In this document: in pieces, positions 1 to 9,187 of the stretch
Layout: the number at the start of each line of letters is the position of its first letter
Position numbering within the stretch: position 1 is the stretch's first letter
Origin: Pelagomonas calceolata
Taxonomy: Eukaryota
Direction of reading: 5' to 3'
Length of the DNA: 64,000 bases
Assembly: GCA_918797485.1 (NCBI GenBank)
Contig: CAKKNE010000005.1
Coordinates: 4,340,001-4,404,000 of the forward strand
The notes under the pieces: model-generated
The model's database searches: none
The model's input: only the letters and a program-made list of their open reading frames with translations
Told to the model about the DNA's origin: nothing
Made by a program: the position numbers and the translations under genes

Positions 1-91
1 GACCCCAGCGGCCGCGGCTGGAACCTAGTTGATTCAACCCGAGCACGAGCCCTTGGCTGAAAAGGATAGCCGCAGCGCTCTAACAAGAACC

Positions 92-2863
92 ATGGCCACG
101 GCCGCCCAACAAAACCCCCTCGAGACGCCTAGAACGAGGGCAAGACGCCTGAACCCGCCGACCATACGGGCCGGCTCCGCGCGCGGCCACGGGAGAAGAC
201 CTGACGCCTACTCCGGCCAGCCGGACAGCGCCCGCTCGACCCGCAGCCAGGGGCCTAGGCGCGAGCCGCCCTCGGCCATGGCGAGGGCCGGGCGGAATTC
301 GTTTGATACGACACCGAGGCAAGGCGGCCTACCGTCAGGCCTCGTCAAGCCCCCGCCGATCGACACGGAGCCGCCGACGCCTAGACGCGGAAGCCGTGCG
401 CGTTCCAAAGATGAAGATGACGACAACCGGAGCGATGCCGGTTCCGTCGCGAGCATGGCGTCTGTCAGAAGTACACGAAGTATGAGTGGTAGACCGCGGC
501 AGTACCGGTGCATTCGGAGTGGTTGCGTCAATCCCGCGGGACGGGACGGCTTCTGCCGGAACTGCGCGCCCAATAGTCAGTACTGGGGCGAGCGCAGCGA
601 CTCCGAGTCGAACTTCAGTGTGGCGTCGACCGCGACGACGGCGGTCGAAGCGCGGCGGCCCAATTCCGGTCGGGTGGGCTACAACCCCACAAGGCCTCGA
701 GTGTCGTCGAACGCGTCGTCGGGCGGCAACAATAGTGATGATGCATCTTCTGTAGCGTCTTATGCTTCAGTAGGACCGCGACCCGGCAGCTCCCAGAACC
801 AGAGGCAGAGGGACCCCTGGGCCCGTATTAAGCGAGAGACGAACAAGGGGCCCGACCGACGGCCGTCTGATGAAGTGAGTGAGTATTCCGAGTACGGGGG
901 TGGGAGAGGCTCCTTACACTCCGCGAGGTCCGAATACAGCGAGTACGGCCCACGGTCAGCGAGAGGCGACGCTCCTAGATCCGCAAGAAGACGTTATGAG
1001 CCGCAAGCACCGCCCCGAACGCCGCGAGAAACGGCTCTGGAGGATGAAAATGAATATCTCAGAGAGCAGCTCGCGGCGGCGGAGGCGCGCGGCGTGAAGT
1101 TGCGGGAGGAGTCCTATTCTCCTCGCAGACGGCGTTCTCGGCGCGACGACCGCGATCGGAGACGTTCTAGACGCGATCGAGACTATGACGACGATCGTCG
1201 TCGAAGGCGTTCCCGGCGCGACTATGACGACCGGGACGATCGTCGTCGACGTCGGAGTCGGTCCCGAGATTACCGGGACGACTATTCGAGGCAAGGTACG
1301 GCCGGCACTCACAGAGATTCAAGGGAATATAGGAGACGTCGACCGCCCCCCTCGTATGACGACGAGGACGGGCCCACGGCGGCCGAACTAGCTTATGAAC
1401 AATCTTTAGAAGACTACAAGCGCCAGACGGGCAAAACGCCGAAGAACGCGGACACGTCGCGCCATCGGAGCGAACGAACGCCGAACCGACGGCCGAGACC
1501 CCAAGATCGGAGCGGCGGTCGTAGGCCGCCTCCGAGAGAGAGATCGAGATCAAAGAGCCGCCAGGACATCCTCGATGCCGAAGCGCGGTCGGCGAAGGAC
1601 TGGGAAAGGGCGAAAACACCAGACTCCCCAAAAACAGCAGCTTCGGCCTTCTTTCAACAAGATAGACCTGGCTCTTCCATGTCCCAGGCCGGTTCTCCGC
1701 CGAAGCGACGGGCGCCGCCGCCGGCTCGCAAGTTCGTCGCGCCCCCGAACACGGATTCGACCTTGTGGGCCCACGGAAGCGACTCGCCGCAGCGCACGGA
1801 GCCGCAGATCGCGACGCTCGTGGATACGGGCGACGACGACTCGGAAGATGACGACGACCAGCCGGGCGCGCCGCCGATCCATGTTATTTGCAGGACCCCG
1901 ACCGGAATGACGATTCCCGTGAATGCTCGACCGGGCTGGCGCTGCGAGGCTATCGTGCGACGTGTCGGCAAAGCGGTCGGGCTGGAGTCTGATGTCATTA
2001 GACTGGTAGCTGGCGAGCGACCGCTGGATGCGATGCGGCGCGTGCGAGATGCGCAGCTCGCACCGGGCGATCGATTGAGGGTAGCATTAGTAGGTGGCCC
2101 GCACACGCCCTGCGGGCCGTGCTTGCACCAGTGGGTCCGGGCGATCCAGGTGAATGGGGCCGATGTGAGGATTGGGGGCCGCGACGGCCGCTGGCTCACG
2201 AACGACGCCTTCGATCACATCACGACGGCCGTGGTCGGCCCGGATCGGCGCGCGAGGATTGTCGTCACATTACATAGCACGGAGACGGCACACAACTTGC
2301 AGTTACCGTGGGGTAGGGTGGAGCCGAGAAGAGGCGGCTCCGCGACGGACGTCGTTCCCAAGAAGCTCGGCAAGTGTCTGGCGTTAGCGAGGGCGCGGAA
2401 TCGCCGGAGAGATAGAGATGGAGGCGGGCCGCACCATGTGGACTTATTAGATGCGAGACCGGACGACGCGACGATCGGGCATCGCGGCGGCCCGACGCAG
2501 GGCGAGCTCGACCACCGCCAGCGCCAGGGCTTCGGGTTTCGCTACGACTACTTCGGGGCGAGGCAGATCACGCTGCAGTTCGCCAACGTGCAACCGGACG
2601 TGGAATACTTGTTCGGCCTCTCGAAGCTCGGGGACCGGCGCGGCGTCCTGGCCCACGACGACTACAAGCACACGGACTGGGGCGACGGGTTTCGCGACCC
2701 GTGCTGCTGGCGCGTCGTCTTTACGAGGGCTAGAGGCTTCGACGTGCCGGGCTACAACGGCGACGTCTACGACCCGCCGCCCGCCCAGCCGTTCGCGCCG
2801 TCCGGTTTATTACCGCCGAAGCAGGCCACGGGGACACAACAAGCATGCTGTAGCGTGTCGTAA
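92..2863 (+). CDS. Large low-complexity (Arg/Ser/Asp-rich) protein with a ubiquitin-like domain and a C-terminal CaaX-like end
   Basis: Long ORF; ATG 92 in good context (aaccATGg); IHVICRTPTGMTIPV...IRLVAGERPL...LRVAL resembles a Ubl fold; ends CCSVS*. Confidence 0.6.
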   Translation: MATAAQQNPLETPRTRARRLNPPTIRAGSARGHGRRPDAYSGQPDSARSTRSQGPRREPPSAMARAGRNSFDTTPRQGGLPSGLVKPPPIDTEPPTPRRGSRARSKDEDDDNRSDAGSVASMASVRSTRSMSGRPRQYRCIRSGCVNPAGRDGFCRNCAPNSQYWGERSDSESNFSVASTATTAVEARRPNSGRVGYNPTRPRVSSNASSGGNNSDDASSVASYASVGPRPGSSQNQRQRDPWARIKRETNKGPDRRPSDEVSEYSEYGGGRGSLHSARSEYSEYGPRSARGDAPRSARRRYEPQAPPRTPRETALEDENEYLREQLAAAEARGVKLREESYSPRRRRSRRDDRDRRRSRRDRDYDDDRRRRRSRRDYDDRDDRRRRRSRSRDYRDDYSRQGTAGTHRDSREYRRRRPPPSYDDEDGPTAAELAYEQSLEDYKRQTGKTPKNADTSRHRSERTPNRRPRPQDRSGGRRPPPRERSRSKSRQDILDAEARSAKDWERAKTPDSPKTAASAFFQQDRPGSSMSQAGSPPKRRAPPPARKFVAPPNTDSTLWAHGSDSPQRTEPQIATLVDTGDDDSEDDDDQPGAPPIHVICRTPTGMTIPVNARPGWRCEAIVRRVGKAVGLESDVIRLVAGERPLDAMRRVRDAQLAPGDRLRVALVGGPHTPCGPCLHQWVRAIQVNGADVRIGGRDGRWLTNDAFDHITTAVVGPDRRARIVVTLHSTETAHNLQLPWGRVEPRRGGSATDVVPKKLGKCLALARARNRRRDRDGGGPHHVDLLDARPDDATIGHRGGPTQGELDHRQRQGFGFRYDYFGARQITLQFANVQPDVEYLFGLSKLGDRRGVLAHDDYKHTDWGDGFRDPCCWRVVFTRARGFDVPGYNGDVYDPPPAQPFAPSGLLPPKQATGTQQACCSVS

Positions 2864-3008
2864 TTCCTTTCCAAGTTCTCTAGCGTATTTACACACTAGG
2901 CTAACAGGCCAACCGGCAGCGTCTACGAGCGCCCAGGGCTGCCTCGTCGCTTCGCAAACGACCGCAGGGCTGCCTCGCGCTTCATCGACGCCCAGGAGCA
3001 CCGTACGA

Positions 3009-3704
3009 ATGCAGTTCGTCGGCGGCAACTTCACCCTGAAAAAGAACGGGCCCGAACTGGTAGAGGCGTGCAAAGTCGATGATGTGGAAACAGCCCGGGG
3101 CTGCCTCGAGCGCTGCCCCTACAGCATCCACTTCAAGGATGCGGAAGGCTTGACGCCGCTCCACGTCGCCGCCGCGCACGATTCCAAAAAGTGCGTCGTG
3201 GCGCTCGTCGACTCCGCACCGGCCGTGCCGGCGCGCACCCCTTGTGGTGATACTGCCCTACACACAGCAGCGCGCAGTGGCGCCCCGCAAGCATCGGCCA
3301 TGCTCATCGCGTCGCACGACTTCGCGCTCGACGCCCCAAACACCTGGGACGAGACGCCGCTGCATTTGGCCGCGTCGAGCGGCAGCCTCGAGACGGTCAA
3401 ATATTTTATCGGGGCCGGCGCGGACAAAACATTGCGGGACCACATGAGGCGCACGCCCTACAACGTGGCCGAGGACCTGGGCTACGACGACGAGCTCCTC
3501 TCTCTATTAGCCGTCGACGACGACGAGGAGCCGGTCACGTCGCGCGTCGAGCCGTCGGCGGCGCCCGCGCCGCCGCCGCCGCCCGAGCGCGCCGTCCCGA
3601 CGAAGCCGCCGCCGGCGGGCGCCGCGGCGAACGTCGTGCGCGACCGGCGGAAGACGAATATTGCTGCTGCCAGAAAGGAGCTCGAGGAAGCGCTCGCACT
3701 CTAA
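3009..3704 (+). CDS. Ankyrin-repeat protein
   Basis: GLTPLHVAA, GDTALHTAA and ETPLHLAA ankyrin consensus; ATG 3009 follows the stop of the previous gene. Confidence 0.8.
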   Translation: MQFVGGNFTLKKNGPELVEACKVDDVETARGCLERCPYSIHFKDAEGLTPLHVAAAHDSKKCVVALVDSAPAVPARTPCGDTALHTAARSGAPQASAMLIASHDFALDAPNTWDETPLHLAASSGSLETVKYFIGAGADKTLRDHMRRTPYNVAEDLGYDDELLSLLAVDDDEEPVTSRVEPSAAPAPPPPPERAVPTKPPPAGAAANVVRDRRKTNIAAARKELEEALAL

Positions 3705-3749
3705 GTTTGATATAATGTTAATCACAAAATAGGCCGTCGCCGCGTCCAA

Positions 3750-5144
3750 TCACCGCTTCGCGAGGCGCTTGGATTTGGGAAACTTGACGGCCAAGGCCAC
3801 TCCTTCGCCCGACAGCCGCACGAACTCGGCCTCGAAGCGCTCGAGCGCGGCGCCGACCGACGCCCTTAAGTTTAAGCCCTCGCCGCGCCGCCGCAGAAAG
3901 TCGTTCACGGCCTTCTCGTCATCGGTAGCGGGCGCGAAGGCCGTCTCGAGCTCCAAATCCGCCGCCGCGGCGCCCGACGCCGCGTCGCGGATAATACAGC
4001 GGCCGTTGAACAAGGGACTCCCCTCTTTGTTCTCTGCGGCCCACGCGATTTCAACCTCGGAAAAATCAAACAAGTACCGCGTCCGCCTTTGAAACACGAC
4101 GACCTGGGCGTCGCCCACGACTCGAAGCACGTCGCGGAACTTTAAGTTGATCGAGGGAGACACCTGACATACCTCCTCCTGCAACAACTCCGCGAACCTT
4201 TCGACGGCCCAGGCCGTCACGTCGCGCTCCTCCCACGTATCTTTGGAGTTCCAGACGGCCTTCTGGGGCGGCGGGCCGCCGGCCGCGCGCACGTCCTGCG
4301 TCGTGACGGGCGCCTTCGGCGCCGTCACGTCGACGACGATCGGCTTCTTCTCGCGTGGAGGCGGCGGCGGCGGCGGCACCTGACAGCGGGGCCGGTCGAC
4401 CTCCTCCACAATAGGCTCGTCGATGTCGTCGTCGTCGTCCGACGGCGCCGCGTCGACGTCGACGGCCGCGGCGCGCGCCTCGACGGCGTCGTCCGACGGC
4501 GCCGCGGCCTTCGCGTTCAAGTGCCGCGCCGCGTAGAACGGCGTCCTCTTCCGCGTCGTGAACGACCCGCCGCAGAGCGTGCCGTGCGACCGCAGGTGCA
4601 GGGGCTCGGCCTCCTCCTCGACGACCTTGGCAGGCGGCGGCAGGAAGGCCGCCAAGGTTTCGCCACCCCGCACGGTCTGCAGGTCGGGCCGCGGTTTTTG
4701 CTTTTCCTCGCGCATGATGAGTGTGGCCGCGGCGACGCCCTCGTGGTCCGGCAATTCCACGTCATTTTTAACTAAGACCTGCCGCGCCGCGGGCACGCGC
4801 GTCATCGCCTCGAGGCTCAGCTTGACGTCGTGGGCCGTCGCCCCCGGCTCGGCCTCGACGGCGAGCCGCTTGAGGGTCGTGTCCCCGTCCTTCCACTCCA
4901 CGGCTATTTTCAGGTCCTTGGACTTCTTGGCGTCGGCTTTCTCCAGCAGCCGCCGCGACACCCAGCCAGTCATCGCCGCGCCTTCTATTTTCAACCGCTC
5001 GACGCCCTTCGAGTTCGTCGTAGCCTCCAGCGCCTTGACGACCTCGAGGACCGGCACGGTGCCGACGAGGGCGGAGCTCGTCTCCGGGCCGGCGCGCACG
5101 ACGGCGCCGTGCTTGCCGGTGACGGTGTAGAGCTGCTGGGCCAT
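3750..5144 (-). CDS. Aha1 N-terminal-domain protein with SH3-like and ubiquitin-like N-terminal modules
   Basis: WNSKDTWEERDVTAWA and GDAQVV..RRTRYLFD resemble Aha1_N; VRAGP...GWVS is SH3b-like; VKLSLEAMTRVPAARQVL is Ubl-like. Confidence 0.6.
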   Translation of the reverse strand: MAQQLYTVTGKHGAVVRAGPETSSALVGTVPVLEVVKALEATTNSKGVERLKIEGAAMTGWVSRRLLEKADAKKSKDLKIAVEWKDGDTTLKRLAVEAEPGATAHDVKLSLEAMTRVPAARQVLVKNDVELPDHEGVAAATLIMREEKQKPRPDLQTVRGGETLAAFLPPPAKVVEEEAEPLHLRSHGTLCGGSFTTRKRTPFYAARHLNAKAAAPSDDAVEARAAAVDVDAAPSDDDDDIDEPIVEEVDRPRCQVPPPPPPPREKKPIVVDVTAPKAPVTTQDVRAAGGPPPQKAVWNSKDTWEERDVTAWAVERFAELLQEEVCQVSPSINLKFRDVLRVVGDAQVVVFQRRTRYLFDFSEVEIAWAAENKEGSPLFNGRCIIRDAASGAAAADLELETAFAPATDDEKAVNDFLRRRGEGLNLRASVGAALERFEAEFVRLSGEGVALAVKFPKSKRLAKR

Positions 5145-5491
5145 CGAGTCTTTTTGATGTGGCGTGGCTGGCGCGCTCGCTTGCGTACAGCGTTTTGCGC
5201 CGCGAGCCAAGGCTTCAAAAGCACTGGATAACGCGAACGCTAGCGGCGGTTAGGCCGCCACAAGCACTCAAAATTGCAGATTGAGAGTTCGAGAAAACCC
5301 TAATTACTTGAATAGTTATTTTTGGTGAAATTCAGTGTGTGCTCTGGATCTCGCGGATTGCAATTTGCAGCCGCTTAAATCCCGCGTGCGTGTGTTAGCA
5401 GCCTGTACTAGCAAGCCAAAAAACGCAGCCCATCGCACGAGGGGAGACAGTGAGTGGGCAGCCCAAGGAACTGTGAGGATTGGGCAGCCAC

Positions 5492-8400
5492 ATGAGGTTC
5501 ATACTCGCGCTAGCCGCGGCGGCGACCGCCACCACCGACGTGTTCTTGGCCTCGGACCGCATGGCGGCGTCGGCGGCAGTCTTGAACTCGGTCTGTGATA
5601 ACAGCCAGCCGACCGCGTTGCGCCTTCACCTCCTCGCTCCCACAAAAGAGGCCGCTCAGACGCTCGCGACGGCAACAGAAACGGCGTGCGACGGCGCGGT
5701 CGTGCTGCCGTACGGCCTCGCGGAGTTTGAAGCGCAAGTCCGGACGCGTGTCGGGGAGGAGCCCATGTGGACGACGGCGCTCTCTAAGGTCGAGCGGTCG
5801 AAATCTACGTACGCCGTACCCGTCGTGCCCTGGGATCGCGACGAGAAGCATACGTCGCCGTATAATCACGCCCGCTTCTACGCGCCCGCTTCTACGCTCG
5901 TGATGCTCGACGACGACGTCATCGTCCAAGGAGACGTCACGACCTTGACCACACGAAATAAGGCCGTGGCGGCCGGGTGCCAACAGTGGTACGTCGGGCA
6001 CGAGGGTGAGTTTTAGTCCTCGACCACTTTGACGTATGCGGACGTGCCCTACTTCGGCTTTGGCGTTTTGTCGGCGCAGGATGACCCCGGATGCTCGCAC
6101 GAGGGCGCCACGGAGTGCATACCGGGCGACGCGCGCGACTGGTTCGCCGAGGTGGCACGCACCGACCAAGCCGTCGCGAGGCGTGCATCGTGGCCGCGGC
6201 TCCTCCGGCGCCTCGCCGCGATCGGCGAGGACGCGTTCCCTGCCGAGCCTTCACCTGACGCGGGCGACGCGTTCGTCGACGAGCTATATAACACCCGCGC
6301 TTGGAACTTTGGCCTCGTGGTGATCGATCTCGACACGTGGAAACAGCACCAGCTCACGGCGAAATATCATGGCTGGCTCGAGGCCAACTACCGGCGCGCG
6401 TTCTGGCCCAGCGACTCCCTCGCGTTCGGGCTGGGCCTACCATTTTTAGCTTTGAGGGGTGATGTCGAGTGCTTCGAAGACAGTGGCGAAGTGCGCTTCG
6501 AGCAGGGCCTGGGCGTGGCGCCGTGGGTCTACACGGACCGCGACACCAAGACACTGGACGAGGCCTTCGCCTTACATTGGAACGGTAATAGAAAACCATG
6601 GGACATGGATAGGTGCGACGACGCCACGCGGCCCTACTTTCTGCGCTACCTCGCGCGGTCGCCGGGGCTCTACGGCGGGCACGTCGCGGAGAGTGGGGGC
6701 GACTACTGGGCGGCCTGCGCGCCGCCGCCGCCGCGCTACCACGGTTTCCGGTTTCAACGGAAGCTCTACGGCGTGAATTCCGTCGAGGGCACGGCCTGGG
6801 CGACGTACGCGGATGCCTACGTGTGGGCGGAAGACTTCTATCGCTACGACCTCGACCGCTCCGCGAGCAACATCTCGGACTGCGTCGCCATCTGCCGCGA
6901 CCTCTTCCCGGACGTGGTGGGCGGCGGCACGCTGGCGTGCCCGCGGACGAAGCTCGCGCTGGAGTTGCTGAGAGACCGCTTCTGGCAGCCGGGCTGGTGG
7001 GGCTGGACGGGCCACTTTTCCGGAGGCGGAACGGGCGCCGCGTCGTTCAACAGCTGCCCCGGCGTCAATGGCACCGTCGCCGCCGACGCCGGCCTGTGGT
7101 ACCCGGGCCGCCCCGACGATGGCGGCGCCTGCCCCATCAGCGAGCAGTGCACGGTGCTGCTGGACAACGAATGGAATACGAAGAGGAAGTGCTGGAAAAA
7201 AGGCGATTACGGCCGCGATTGTAAGAAGTGGAAGACCGGCTGGATCACCCGCCGCGAGGCCCTCGACGACAAGAGTTGCGGCACCGGCCGCTACCCGGTC
7301 CCGCCGTCGACCAAAGAGAAGACAAAGAAGAACGACAAAGACGGAGGAAAACTGGACGCCCGCGTGACGTACGGCCACCGCCGTAACGTGTGCCTCTGCG
7401 AGAAGACGCCGCCCGCCACCTACGACCCGGCGGCCCTCGAGCTTTCCTCTCCAGGCCTCGCGGCGGGGTCTCTCGCTCTGGCCTGCGACGACATGGTCTC
7501 CAAGCACCTTAAGTACGATAAGCCACACACAAGACCGACGGGGTGGGTCGTCTCCCTCATCGTCCTTCTCTGCATGTGCTGCTGTTGCTGGTGTTTTGCG
7601 TTGATGAATAATATTGCCGACGGCTGTTGCGAAGACTGGTGCCGAGCGGCGCCACCGAGGCCGCCACCGGACGACGAGGGTCTCACTTTCACGACGGCCG
7701 CCGCGGAAAAGTGCGTCATGCCCCTCGTCTGCCTTCTTTGCTTCGTGCCATATACGTTGTTTTCTCTTTGTGCGTTGATGAAGGACATTTGCGTTTTCTC
7801 TTTGTGCGTTGATGAAGAAATGGAGAAGGTCGACCGGGCGAATGAGTACGGTGAGACGCCGCTGTACATCGCCTGCAGGAACGGCCACGTCGATGCGGCG
7901 CGGCTGTTGCTGAGAAAAGGCGTGAAGGTCAACTGGGCGAATGAGTACGGTGAGACGCCGCTGTACGTCGCCTGCCAGAACGGTCACGTCGCAGCGGCGC
8001 GGCTGCTGCTGGACAAAGGCGCGAAGGTCGATCGGGCGAACAAGAACGGTATGACGCCGCTATACGTTGCCTGCGTTAACCGCCGCGTCGACGCGGCGAT
8101 GCTGCTGCTGGACAAAGGCGCGAAGGTCGACCGGGCGATGAAGAACGGTGCGACGCCGCTGATGATCGCCTGTGAGCACGGCCACGTCGACGCGGTGCGG
8201 CTGTTGCTGTCGAGCGGGGCGGATTTTAATCGGGCTGCGAAGAACGGGGCGACGCCGCTGGGCATCGCGCAGAAGAAAGGCCACTCGTCCATCGTTGCGC
8301 TGCTCGAGGAGCATATTTACCCGCTGCACGCCGCGGCCGAGACAGACGAAGTCGACGCGATGACGCATCTTATCGACGGCGGCGCCGTGGTCGACCAGAC

Positions 8401-9187
8401 GAAGGAGGACGGTGCGACGCCGCTGTGGATCGCCTGCAGGAACGGCCACGTCGACGCGGCGCGGATGTTGCTGGAGAAAGGAGCGGAGGTCGATCGGGCG
8501 ACGGAGAACGGTCAGACGCCGCTTTTCGTCGCCTGTGCTGAGGGTCACGTCGACGCGGCGCGGCTGTTGCTGAACAAAGGCGCGGAGGTCGATCGGGCGA
8601 ATCAGAACGGTGCGACGCCGCTCTATATTGCCTGCCAGGAGGGCCACGTCGACGTGGCAAAACTGTTGCTGGACAAAGACGCGGCGGTCGACCGGGCTGC
8701 GGAGAACGGTATGACGCCGCTGTCCAGCGCAAGAAACAAAGGCCACTCGTCCATCGTCGCGCTGCTCGAGAAGTCCCTACCACTACCTCTCGCGCCGCCG
8801 CGCCTCGGCCAACGGCAACAGTCGGAGGACAAGTGCTCTATCTGCCTGAAGCCGTACGACGACCGCGCGTGGACGAAGTGCAACCACAGCTTCTGCCGCA
8901 AGTGCATCACGCAAGTGTGTCGGACGAACCGGTCGGCGGATCGAGCCCCGTGTCCGTTTTGCAGGCAGCCCGTGCTTTTGGGCGAGCTCACGAGACGAGG
9001 CGAGGCGGAACGCCGCGAGACCGAGCGACGAGTCGCGCCCCCGCCCGCTCCCGCCCGTGCGGCCTCGGATACGACCAGCGACCTTGCAATCGCGCGGGCG
9101 CTGAGCAGGGATACCGACGCAGCCCTCGCGGCCTCCCTGCAGGCGGAAGAGGCGGCCGCCGCGTCCTTGCCTCGTCCTCCTCCTTGA
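5492..9187 (+). pseudogene. GT8 (GAUT-like) glycosyltransferase / Cys-rich / TM / ankyrin / RING chimera interrupted by an in-frame TAG at 6014-6016
   Basis: ORFs 5480-6016 and 6029-9187 are in the same frame. Signal peptide, YNHARFY, LDDDVIVQGD, WNFGLVVIDLDTW and LHWNGNRKPW (GT8); hydrophobic segments; about 10 ankyrin repeats; C3HC4 RING. Confidence 0.6.

Noticed and set aside
2451..3008. N-terminal extension of the ankyrin ORF overlapping gene 1
   Set aside because: Low-complexity off-frame reading; ATG 3009 with upstream promoter-like motifs is more plausible.
6006..6016. GTGAGTTTTAG as a micro-intron removing the TAG
   Set aside because: Only 11 nt, and removal would shift the frame.
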